A stretch of 64,000 nucleotides of DNA from an uncultured Gammaproteobacteria bacterium (lineage in GTDB: Bacteria; Patescibacteriota; Microgenomatia; Levybacterales; GWA1-39-11). Positions 1 to 8,481 of this stretch are shown piece after piece; positions within the stretch are counted from its first letter, which is position 1; the number at the start of each line of letters is the position of its first letter. The stretch spans positions 140,110 through 204,109 of the forward strand of contig CAYVKP010000001.1 in NCBI GenBank assembly GCA_964452165.1, written 5' to 3'. Under the pieces are notes generated by a model. The model worked only from the letters and a program-made list of their open reading frames with translations. It made no database searches and had not been told where the DNA came from. The translations under genes were made by a program, and so were the position numbers.

Positions 1-212
1 AAACTTTACCTTATCCAAACTTTGTTTTTGCCCGTACCTTATCGTTTGGAAAAATAGTAGTACGAACAGATTAGTTTACGTAAGCAAAATTGCCTGCGTA
101 AGCGTAATCGCTGCCATTTCTGGTAGCATTTATTTTTGATACGTTTTAACGATTAGTATCATTATCGGCTTGCAGTTTTTAAAGAGCAATCTTGTCGATG
201 CAATGCATCCCC
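1..212 (-). ncRNA. ssrA: tmRNA (5' part; 3' end runs off the window)
   Basis: Minus strand starts GGGGATGCATTGCATCGAC (tmRNA-type 5' end) directly downstream of smpB, with its own TG-A-TATAAT promoter; AAATAAAT-GCT resume context and tag ORF 127->71 (ATRNGSDYAYAGNFAYVN*). Confidence 0.88.
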
Positions 213-233
213 AATTGAGGCTATTATATCAAA

Positions 234-671
234 TTATAGGCTATTTTTCAACTCACGATCCTGGTCTCGCTCAATAGCCGTGCGGCGCCGATCCTGACGT
301 TTTTCACGCTTATTTTTTGCCAAGGCAAGCCCAATTTCAAGCTTAAAATTATTGTCCTTGAGATACATTGATAAAGGTATAATTGTAAATCTGCCCTGAT
401 CCATCTTGGATTTCAATGCTAAAATCTCCTTTTTATGAAGAAGAAGTTTTCTTGATCGATCCTCTTGGTATCCTTCAATGCGAGAGAATTTATAGGGAAA
501 TATTTTTCCATTAACCAAATATGCCTCACTTCCGGAGATTCTCACGTACGCTCCACTTATATCAGCATGACCTTCCCGCAAGGCCTTTACCTCAGAACCA
601 AGCAGGGCAATACCCGCCTCAAGACGCTCGAGAGGCTTATAAGAGCTTGCGAACTTATTAACAATTTTCAT
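234..671 (-). CDS. smpB: SsrA-binding protein SmpB
   Basis: NK..EAGIALLGSEVKALREG, RSRKLLLHKKEI, basic C-tail; adjacent to tmRNA. Confidence 0.97.
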   Translation of the reverse strand: MKIVNKFASSYKPLERLEAGIALLGSEVKALREGHADISGAYVRISGSEAYLVNGKIFPYKFSRIEGYQEDRSRKLLLHKKEILALKSKMDQGRFTIIPLSMYLKDNNFKLEIGLALAKNKREKRQDRRRTAIERDQDRELKNSL

Positions 672-703
672 GCCTTTATTATATCAATTTCGCCTCGTAA
701 AAT

Positions 704-2491
704 TTAAAGGTCAAAGGAGTAAAGTTTTGAGGATATCACAACGTAAATTTTTTTGGCTGATTCATCAACTGCAAAAGATGCTGCACTAGAAAGATCTTTG
801 GAGACATATTGGTTTTTAACACTTCCATCTTTTGATATTTCAATAATTCGTGTCGTGTTGGTATCAAGAACATAAATATTGGCATAGTCTACGTTAGTGA
901 ATATCAATGCGTTATTCGAGATATTTTTAGTCAGGCCAGTAACCGTGAATGTGTCTTCTGTGCCCTTTGTAAACTTACGTACTTTTCCTCCATCCAATAT
1001 CCAGATGGATCCATCAATTGCCATTGACGAGGGGTCAGATAGGGTAATACTGCCTTTAAAATAGTCAGCTCTAGTACCGGTTCCACCGGGATATTTATCT
1101 ACGGTTTTAGTTTTACTATTGAGTCCATAAAGATTTGACCCAAAATTATCAAGCGAAATAGTGTCCGATGCGTCTTTTTCCGCAACGCTCGCTTTTCCAG
1201 ACTTTAAGTCGGCCTTAACTATTCCATCATCTCCTGCAATATAGACAGAACCACTGTCTTCTCCTATGGACGTAATATCTTTATTTTTAGAGTCGATATC
1301 TTTTTTTGATTGACCGCTTGAGTCAAGTAAAGATATTTTTCCATCACTTGTTACTACGGCCAATTGATTGTCCTTGAGGGTAACTAGGGCAGGATTCTTA
1401 TCATAAATCATTTTTTGATTCGCCAGCGTGCTACCAGCACCCAATTCTCCAATCTTACTTTCTACTTGACCTATAAATTCGTCTAGTTTCTTGCGTTCAG
1501 CTGTTCCTTGTGGAATTTTATCTTGACTTCCATCAAGGTCAGTTTTCAATGTATTAAATTCATCAAGTGCTAGACCACGATTTAATGAGGCAAGAGTATT
1601 TGCCTCGTCAAATTTTTTACGTGCCGGATCCAAAATCTCCGCCAATTGCGCCTGTCTTTTTACGCTTGTTTGATGATTCCGTTCTATTATTACGCTGCAA
1701 ATAAGTATGACCACAAGAATAACTATCGCCGCAAGTATAACCCTCTTTTTTCCAAATGTGGGCAGTCCGGGCAGCTTAAATTTGGGCAAGCTCATTTTTG
1801 CAGAACTCGCGTGGGTTGGCTCGGTTTCAGGTACGATTTCTTCGTCTTTACTCTTTCCCTCCGTCTCATCTGTCTCGCCCGTTTCTTCTATTTGTTTTTC
1901 GGTGTTCTCCGCGTTCTTATATTGAATAACTATTGCTGCCTCTGTTCCCACGGGATCATTGTGTATTAAGGGGGCCAGTTGTTCTGATATCTCAGATACT
2001 TCAAGGTTATCTAAGACTCCTGAAAGTTTTTCAACCGGAACTTTATTGTTAAAATCTGCTGTTTCAAGAATTACGATATCATTGTGTGAAAGTTCTCCCG
2101 AGAAAGCTAAGACCTCTCCAGCCTCACCCTTTGCAATTGGTGCAACCTTGCCAGATCTTTTTAAAATCGCGTATCCTTCTGAAGCAACAACTATATACAT
2201 GATGTTATTGGTAATTGTTGCCAATACTACCGAGACATTGTTCTTGTCTTCGGTTTCGGCAAGCGCTTTTTCTACCGCCTCTTTGATATTCTTGAGATTC
2301 TTATCGTCAAGGGAGAAGTACTCTCTTTGGATTTTCTCAAATAGCTCTTTTCCTTGACCGACAATTCCTTCCTTAACGTCTTGAGATTTGATGCTCAAGA
2401 CAATATATAGGTTGAGGGTGGAATATGCTTGGGACCAGGTAGATTCTCCCGGAGTCGCAACAATCTTAGAGAGTAGAATATTTGTCTCCAT
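704..2491 (-). CDS. Membrane protein: degenerate PP2C-like N-domain, TM helix, helical region, C-terminal beta-propeller
   Basis: PP2C-like strand pattern (VVLATITNNIMYIV..GYAILKRSG..DIVILETAD), TM at ~aa252-270, NHL/propeller-like repeats (SSMAIDGSIWIL, NIYVLD, SFAVDE). Confidence 0.6.
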   Translation of the reverse strand: METNILLSKIVATPGESTWSQAYSTLNLYIVLSIKSQDVKEGIVGQGKELFEKIQREYFSLDDKNLKNIKEAVEKALAETEDKNNVSVVLATITNNIMYIVVASEGYAILKRSGKVAPIAKGEAGEVLAFSGELSHNDIVILETADFNNKVPVEKLSGVLDNLEVSEISEQLAPLIHNDPVGTEAAIVIQYKNAENTEKQIEETGETDETEGKSKDEEIVPETEPTHASSAKMSLPKFKLPGLPTFGKKRVILAAIVILVVILICSVIIERNHQTSVKRQAQLAEILDPARKKFDEANTLASLNRGLALDEFNTLKTDLDGSQDKIPQGTAERKKLDEFIGQVESKIGELGAGSTLANQKMIYDKNPALVTLKDNQLAVVTSDGKISLLDSSGQSKKDIDSKNKDITSIGEDSGSVYIAGDDGIVKADLKSGKASVAEKDASDTISLDNFGSNLYGLNSKTKTVDKYPGGTGTRADYFKGSITLSDPSSMAIDGSIWILDGGKVRKFTKGTEDTFTVTGLTKNISNNALIFTNVDYANIYVLDTNTTRIIEISKDGSVKNQYVSKDLSSAASFAVDESAKKIYVVISSKLYSFDL

Positions 2492-2492
2492 G

Positions 2493-2720
2493 TTATAAAG
2501 ATAACACGGATAGAATCAGGAGTGCAAGAGCAGCCAATAAGTGAGCCAAGGCCAGAGCATTGAGAATTATCGAAAAACCTATCTGGTTAATAACTCTATT
2601 TAAATTATTGAGTTGAATTGCAACAATCAAAGCAAATAATCCGTAGAGAGAAATTAAAATTATCAACGCAAAACGCAGAATTGTATCTTGAGATGAGAAA
2701 AGCGATGGAATGATATCCAT
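2493..2720 (-). CDS. Small two-TM membrane protein
   Basis: Two hydrophobic helices; translationally coupled to both neighbours. Confidence 0.7.
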   Translation of the reverse strand: MDIIPSLFSSQDTILRFALIILISLYGLFALIVAIQLNNLNRVINQIGFSIILNALALAHLLAALALLILSVLSL

Positions 2721-3388
2721 TACCTTGGCCCCCCTATCAAATCTGAAATTATTCTAACAATTCTCGCAGGCTCTGGAGCTCTATCGAATTCGAAATTTTC
2801 GGTCGTTGCGGCAGTTTGAATTAATACATCACCGTAATCAAAAACAGATCTTATAGCGCCCACTTGATTATAAGTTACATCTTCAACAAGATTAAGTTTT
2901 GTCTCGCTCACTTGTTTGCTTAAGATTCCATATACGTTGAAATCTATAATCCTTTTTGTTGTAACCAGACCAACATTAAAATACCATAACGTAAATTGAA
3001 TAAGAATGAAACCAAAGATTATCAAAAAGTAAAATAGTACAGCAATTGTTTGGGTAGTTGTTGATAAATTAAAGAATGGCGTAAAGAGCGAGGAAAAGCG
3101 CATTATCACAAAAGGTATTATGATTAAAATTAAAGCTGCGATAATCCACGGAAGATTTGTGATTAAATCTCTTCTGACAAGTAAGACTATCTCCTCTCCC
3201 GCTTCCTGATTTTCAAAAGTTACATTGGAAGGATATAGGCAAAGATTTGAAAAGAAGTGCGCCTTGTTTGTTGGGTGGCCGTGATGTTCCTCGGCGGGCT
3301 TTACTGGTTGGCCAGCCTCCTTCTTATCTGCGGTTGAATTATTATCGTCAATAACGAACTCGCCTGTTAGGTCTTCTGAGTTTGGCAT
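2720..3388 (-). CDS. Membrane protein with bacterial PH (bPH_2-like) domain
   Basis: Two TMs then WYFNVGLVTTKRIID...VEDV...DYGDVLIQTA pattern. Confidence 0.8.
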   Translation of the reverse strand: MPNSEDLTGEFVIDDNNSTADKKEAGQPVKPAEEHHGHPTNKAHFFSNLCLYPSNVTFENQEAGEEIVLLVRRDLITNLPWIIAALILIIIPFVIMRFSSLFTPFFNLSTTTQTIAVLFYFLIIFGFILIQFTLWYFNVGLVTTKRIIDFNVYGILSKQVSETKLNLVEDVTYNQVGAIRSVFDYGDVLIQTAATTENFEFDRAPEPARIVRIISDLIGGPR

Positions 3389-3437
3389 TTGCCACCAATT
3401 ATATATTAAATTGCTTGTTTATTACAATTTTGGGGAC

Positions 3438-5162
3438 CTACTGCTCAACGTTAAATAGGGGTCCTACAATTTGAAGATTGGCAGGAGCTCGTAAATTAAA
3501 CCAGTTTTTAAATTCTGAAGCATCAAAGCTTTGTGATCCACCATCACCGTTTACCGAAACAGAGGTTGTTTTTCCCGATCCAAAATCTGTTGAAACGGAT
3601 ATGCTTGAAACGCTTGTATATCCTCCTCCAAGCTCTTGTCTTACGCGGCCAGCATCCCAAGTGTCTGTTCCTTCAGGGTTTGGTTTATCAGTTTGATAAA
3701 GGTGCTTACCCGTTGATGAGTCTTTGCGTGCAAGAAGGATTACATTTACAATGTCTGCAACTTCATCAGGCTTGAGCCAGGCGGTTCCATCATAGGCCGA
3801 ACGACTTCCCCAGTCACAGTAGAACCAGGGAGAGTCTTTATCATAAGCATTATTGTTGAGATCTGAAAAACTACCAATGCTATCCGTAGATGTGTCTTTG
3901 CCATTTTTAGTAAATGAGGTTGAGCTCCAGCCAATATCGCTTGATGAGTGAACATAACCTCCATGAGTTGAGGAGAACCACGCCTTGATAGGATTTCCTC
4001 CTTGAATCATAACTTTTCCTGCTGTTGCGTTTACCGCTTGTTCCCAGTTTCCTCCCTTAGGATCGGTTTTAAATACCTGGCAAGAATCAGTTGGACAGAT
4101 AGTGCCTCCTCCATTGTTGGTATAAGCCAGAACATAAGAACGCGCAGCAACTGCCTGGGCTTTAAGAGCTGCAAGATTATTATCGGCCCAGGAGTCGGGT
4201 ACCTCATAAATTCGTTTCATGTAGTCTTCAACTGATCCTGTCCAATCCACGCCGCTCCCCGTAACATGAATTTGTGTACTCTGATTAGTATCTGATATTG
4301 AGTCGAAGTTGTAATAAGCGTGGAGAATATCTTCATATCCTTGTCCCGCCTTTGCTCTTCCCCAAGCACCGTATTGAGAAAGTCCCACGCGGTTTGGGAC
4401 TCCATATGTGAAGAAGGCAATTTTTGGTGAAAACCCCGGGTTCTTACCGTTCGTCAGGTCTGAGGAGCAGGATCCGCCCGAACCGGCAGACCTTGGAATA
4501 TGAAGGCTCGCCAGACGTTGCCCTAATATTTCCTGTTGGCGGGCTGAAAGTTGAGCTATTTTAGTAGACAAGTTTGCCTGGTAGTCTTTTGCACCCTTTA
4601 CCACCTTTGCTATTTCCTCCTTTTCGGGTTCAAGCTTGGTTTTGATATCAGAGAGTTTTTGCTGTTCCTCCTCAAGATTTTTCTTCCTTTCCTCAAGATC
4701 AGTGAGCTTAAGAGCAAAACTTACAATTCTTTCCTTATCGCGGTCGGCTCCTTTTTTTTGGTAGATGATAAACCTCGTGACGTCAGCTGCATCAGAGCTG
4801 GACAGAAAAACAAGTAGGGGAGAAAGAGAATAGTTTTTGATGTAGTAGTCTCTTACGGTTTTGTTGAAAATGTCTTTTTCCTGCGTCAATTCCTTATAAG
4901 CTTCATCAATTATTTTTTTCTTCTCTATAATGTCGTTGTCGATTGCAGAGATCCTGTTTTCTATTTGTTGAAGCTGTTTTTGTAAACTACTAAGTTGACT
5001 TTCGAGAGGGGCTGTCGCCTTCTGAGATGCTGATAATGCCGATTGTAAATCTGATAACTGTTTGTTTATGTCATCAAGTTCATCCGAGAAAACAGGGTGA
5101 ACAGTTCCAATTTTCAGAAAAATCAAAAAACCCACGAAGAGCAGCAGAAAGAGTTTTCTCAT
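3438..5162 (-). CDS. Secreted coiled-coil + SpoIID/LytB lytic transglycosylase-like protein
   Basis: Signal peptide, long coiled coil, VGLSQYGA..ILHAYY, ALKAQAVAARSY, CQVF, FSSTHGG motifs. Confidence 0.88.
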   Translation of the reverse strand: MRKLFLLLFVGFLIFLKIGTVHPVFSDELDDINKQLSDLQSALSASQKATAPLESQLSSLQKQLQQIENRISAIDNDIIEKKKIIDEAYKELTQEKDIFNKTVRDYYIKNYSLSPLLVFLSSSDAADVTRFIIYQKKGADRDKERIVSFALKLTDLEERKKNLEEEQQKLSDIKTKLEPEKEEIAKVVKGAKDYQANLSTKIAQLSARQQEILGQRLASLHIPRSAGSGGSCSSDLTNGKNPGFSPKIAFFTYGVPNRVGLSQYGAWGRAKAGQGYEDILHAYYNFDSISDTNQSTQIHVTGSGVDWTGSVEDYMKRIYEVPDSWADNNLAALKAQAVAARSYVLAYTNNGGGTICPTDSCQVFKTDPKGGNWEQAVNATAGKVMIQGGNPIKAWFSSTHGGYVHSSSDIGWSSTSFTKNGKDTSTDSIGSFSDLNNNAYDKDSPWFYCDWGSRSAYDGTAWLKPDEVADIVNVILLARKDSSTGKHLYQTDKPNPEGTDTWDAGRVRQELGGGYTSVSSISVSTDFGSGKTTSVSVNGDGGSQSFDASEFKNWFNLRAPANLQIVGPLFNVEQ

Positions 5163-5206
5163 GAAGTTCTATTATAACAAATCAAAATAAGTTCGAAGAT
5201 TTCAGG

Positions 5207-5278
5207 TGGGCGCGAGAGGATTCGAACCTCTGGCCAGATGTGTATAAGACATCTGCTCTACCGCTGAGCTACACGCCC
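5207..5278 (-). tRNA. tRNA-Ile (anticodon UAU)
   Basis: Full cloverleaf: GGGCGTG/CGCGCCC acceptor, GCTC/GAGC D-stem, GATGT-CT TAT AC-ACATC anticodon arm, AGAGG-TTCGAAT-CCTCT T-arm, discriminator A; CCA incomplete. Confidence 0.93.
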
Positions 5279-5296
5279 CTCACGTTCGTTCGGGGC
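5275..5296 (-). repeat. Short hairpin element, copy 1 (GCCCC-GAAC-GAAC-GTGA-GGGGC)
   Basis: Inverted repeat overlapping the tRNA-Ile 5' end; core shared with the copy at 8290. Confidence 0.55.
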
Positions 5297-5380
5297 AGGT
5301 CCATTTTTAGGACACCCCATAAGTTTAAGCGAACGGAAGAATATTATATCAATAATGAAGTTAAACTTGAAGTTTAGAAA

Positions 5381-7798
5381 TTAAATAGATCCACCCGGTC
5401 CAAGCCCGGTTTCGTTTTTATTGTCAACACTACTTTGAATATCTCCGAGAACTTCAAAGAGTCGTGAGCGTTTGGCAATTTCCGCTTCGACAATGTCTCT
5501 AGGCCTTCCGTACTTGAGTCTTGAAAGTTCTTTGACAAGTTCTGCGACCCTTGGATTTTCCTGCTTTTTCTCAGCGGCAATGTCCTTGGTTAAGTCAAGC
5601 GAGAATGGAGGAGTAGGCTCGTTACCAATAAGAGTTTTGATATATGCGTGGTAAACTTCAACATTAATTAAGTCCGCCTCATTGAAAACCGGCTGGAATT
5701 CGTGTTGAAGGTAATTTGCGTCAGATACTCCAACACGGAATCCTACAATAGTTCCGGCATTTCCAAAAATTGCATTTTTAACATCTTCTTCAATTTGTCC
5801 AATAAACTGATTTGCGACAATTAGATTGAGTCGATATTTTCTTGCCTCAGACAAGATTTGTCCAAAATCAGGTGTTGCAAAATTTTGGAACTCATCAACG
5901 TAGAGATAAAAATCTTTTCTTTGATCTTGCGGCACGTCTTGCCTGCTCATTGCTGCCGCCAAAATCTTTGGAACGAGTATCAAACCCAAAAATGCGGAAT
6001 TATCTTCTCCTATCTTTCCTTTGGCAAGGGATATTAGTAGAATTTTACCTTCGTCCATGACTTTTCTAAAATTGAACGCAGACTCCGATTGGCCAATAAT
6101 GTCACGCATCATGCGGTTTGTGACAAAGCGGCCAAACTTTGAAACGATGTAATCTAATACTTCGGACTTATGGAAATCTGAAGTTTGAGCAATCTGATCC
6201 GTCCAATAACGGCGGACAATTGGGTCTTGGACCTTTGGTAAAAGTTCTTGTACAAATGAAGCATCTGTTAGGACACGGACAACTTCAACAAAAGTATTTC
6301 CCGGTTCAACCATAACGGTTAACATTGCATTTCTGATTGCGTGTTCAAATCTCGGTCCTATAATACCGGTTTTATTTGGATCGTAGAGCTTATACATAAG
6401 CCCAATGATTGATGAAACAATTAAGTCTTTCTGCTCCTCAGTTTGTGCATCTAACATGTTAACTCCCATGGGCCGTTCCGTATCTGAAGGATCAAAAAGT
6501 ATTACATCTTCGGCCCGCTCCGGAGGAATAAGCGGCAATATCATATCAATCGTATCGTGCGGATCTACAAAACAAAGACCTTTACCGGCGCGTATATCTT
6601 GAAGGATCATGTCTTTCAAGAATTCAGACTTTCCCACGCCTGTCTTACCTATTATATACATATGGCGTCTTCTGTCATCGTCCCCTATGTAGACGGGACG
6701 GATTTGTCCGCGGTAAATACTTTTTCCAAGATAGAGTCCCGAGGTAGGAATAGTGGCGGGAGCCGGTGCAACACGCGCTCCCAAAAAATGAATACCGGGA
6801 GTTTCAACAGACTTATTCGGAAAGTGAAAAATAGTTGCAAGTTCTTCAGTTGTTAATACCGCCAATTTTTTTGGCCAAAGAGGAAGTTGCCGATATATAA
6901 AGTCCACAATTGCCATTCCTTTAAAAAATTTGTTTTTTTCTTCTTCAAACGCATTGAAAGAATCGAATTGTGAGAATGAGCCTTTTAAATTTGACAGATG
7001 CATTTGTGCAGATTCTTTAGTTGATGAGACTACGAGAATTCTCACATAAGTTAAGAATCCCGGCTTAGTAATTTTTTGTTCTATTCCTTCAAGCTCCTTT
7101 TGATCTACGGAATATTTAGCGGTTTCAGGATTTGCTTCGCGCTTTTTGGTGGTAGTAACAAACTCTCGCCCTGTCTTTTTCCATCTATCACTTCCCGGCG
7201 TAATTAATATTTGTATTGCTGCAGCTTCCTTATCTACCATTTTTCCAATAGTGCTTGTAATTGAAGATAATGGATCAACGGGCAAGTCTTTATAAGTTTT
7301 GATAGGTAGATAATAAGATTTTTTAAGTTTTAAAGATGCATAAGCAACATTGCCATCGGTATCAAATATATTGTAGTCATCTACTTTTAAGATTTGAGCG
7401 TCGGGATAGCATCCATGAATTTGTTTCTCAACCATATCACGAAGTTTATTTGGTACACCAACATAAAATCTTATATCTTGAGGTCTTCCTACAATTTCAA
7501 AGGAAATACTATCCGCATTTTTGAGAAAAGAAAAAATTCCCTTCGTTCCTTTGATTGAGGTGAGGCTCGAAAATAACTGTTCGGCCGCATCTATTTTTAT
7601 TTCATTTTCTCGTGGTAAAGACACCTCCAGAAGAGTTGTGTCAAGGGCTCTCTCATGTCTTTCGCGGCTTTTCTTCCAAAATCCCAAAGCAATAAAGATT
7701 CCAACAGCACAACCGATAACAACTGATGATGCCAAAAACGCAAGTAAAAAAGCAAAAACCACGTTCATTACAATCTGAGATAAACCATCAAGCGGCAT
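5381..7798 (-). CDS. Membrane-anchored VirB4/VirD4(TraG)/HerA-like P-loop ATPase (CPR T4SS-like)
   Basis: N-terminal TM, DRRRHMYIIGKTGVGKS Walker A, YLYVDEFQNF Walker B, SEARKYRLNLIVANQ; ATG at 7798 preferred. Confidence 0.88.
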   Translation of the reverse strand: MPLDGLSQIVMNVVFAFLLAFLASSVVIGCAVGIFIALGFWKKSRERHERALDTTLLEVSLPRENEIKIDAAEQLFSSLTSIKGTKGIFSFLKNADSISFEIVGRPQDIRFYVGVPNKLRDMVEKQIHGCYPDAQILKVDDYNIFDTDGNVAYASLKLKKSYYLPIKTYKDLPVDPLSSITSTIGKMVDKEAAAIQILITPGSDRWKKTGREFVTTTKKREANPETAKYSVDQKELEGIEQKITKPGFLTYVRILVVSSTKESAQMHLSNLKGSFSQFDSFNAFEEEKNKFFKGMAIVDFIYRQLPLWPKKLAVLTTEELATIFHFPNKSVETPGIHFLGARVAPAPATIPTSGLYLGKSIYRGQIRPVYIGDDDRRRHMYIIGKTGVGKSEFLKDMILQDIRAGKGLCFVDPHDTIDMILPLIPPERAEDVILFDPSDTERPMGVNMLDAQTEEQKDLIVSSIIGLMYKLYDPNKTGIIGPRFEHAIRNAMLTVMVEPGNTFVEVVRVLTDASFVQELLPKVQDPIVRRYWTDQIAQTSDFHKSEVLDYIVSKFGRFVTNRMMRDIIGQSESAFNFRKVMDEGKILLISLAKGKIGEDNSAFLGLILVPKILAAAMSRQDVPQDQRKDFYLYVDEFQNFATPDFGQILSEARKYRLNLIVANQFIGQIEEDVKNAIFGNAGTIVGFRVGVSDANYLQHEFQPVFNEADLINVEVYHAYIKTLIGNEPTPPFSLDLTKDIAAEKKQENPRVAELVKELSRLKYGRPRDIVEAEIAKRSRLFEVLGDIQSSVDNKNETGLGPGGSI

Positions 7799-8096
7799 TT
7801 TTTTCCTTCCCTTCTTCAATTAAAAATTCCTTTATCCCGCTGTATCGACGAGGTTGTTCCGCCCCAAACTTTTTATCAGGTTCCGTGTTTGGTTTTGGAG
7901 AAGGTGTAGTGGGTACTGCTTCTGCTGCCGGTTTTACCATCCCGTCAGTATGGATTTGCTTAATCTCATTCATTATTGCATCGGATTCGTGTGAAACTAC
8001 ATTTGCAGCCTTGACTTGTGGCGGCAGGGGAAGGGGAGTTCTTTCTCCCGAGGGGGTAGCTATTGGGTTTTCAATCTGTTTTGGGCTGTCTGACAT
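7788..8096 (-). CDS. Small Pro-rich hypothetical protein
   Basis: ATG at 8096 lies 6 nt after TG-C-TATGAT; overlaps the start of the ATPase gene. Confidence 0.65.
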   Translation of the reverse strand: MSDSPKQIENPIATPSGERTPLPLPPQVKAANVVSHESDAIMNEIKQIHTDGMVKPAAEAVPTTPSPKPNTEPDKKFGAEQPRRYSGIKEFLIEEGKEKNAA

Positions 8097-8200
8097 GCTT
8101 AAATCATAGCAGAAAAAGGGGCTTTCAGCAACCAAATTAGCCTCACAAAATCCTAACAAAATATAACAAATACCAGACTCTTTGGTATAATTGACTTTCT

Positions 8201-8291
8201 GGAGGAGTCGCATAGCTGGTCCATTGCGGGGGGTTGCTAACCCCCTGAGTCTCTAAAAAGGCTCGCGCAGGTTCAAATCCTGTCTCCTCCG
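8201..8291 (+). tRNA. tRNA-Ser (GCU)
   Basis: GGAGGAG/CTCCTCC acceptor, GGGGG-TT GCT AA-CCCCC anticodon arm, long variable arm, TTCAAAT T-loop, G73. Confidence 0.95.
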
Positions 8292-8308
8292 CCTCACTTC
8301 GTTCGGCG
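8290..8308 (-). repeat. Short hairpin element, copy 2 (CGCC-GAAC-GAA-GTGA-GGCG)
   Basis: Inverted repeat overlapping the tRNA-Ser 3' end; same core as the copy at 5275. Confidence 0.55.
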
Positions 8309-8330
8309 CTGGCGCATTGAATGAAGAATT

Positions 8331-8420
8331 GGAGAGGTCGCATAGTGGTCTAGTGCGGAAGTCTTGAAAACTTCTGTGGGCGCAAGTTCACCGCGAGTTC
8401 GAATCTCGCCCTCTCCGCCA
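8331..8420 (+). tRNA. tRNA-Ser (UGA)
   Basis: GGAGAGG/CCTCTCC acceptor, GAAGT-CT TGA AA-ACTTC anticodon arm, long variable arm, encoded CCA. Confidence 0.96.
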
Positions 8421-8481
8421 AAATCAAATTGATTAAAGTATTCGTTGACTTTTATACCCGCCCAAATATAAAATCATCACA

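Noticed and set aside
8170-8188. ATACCA-N7-TGGTAT palindrome over the tRNA-Ser promoter
   Set aside because: Single occurrence, and one arm is simply the extended -10
8143-8343. 66-aa ORF and the upstream extension of ORF 7788..8213
   Set aside because: They overlap the tRNA-Ser genes and promoter; the real start is most likely ATG 8096
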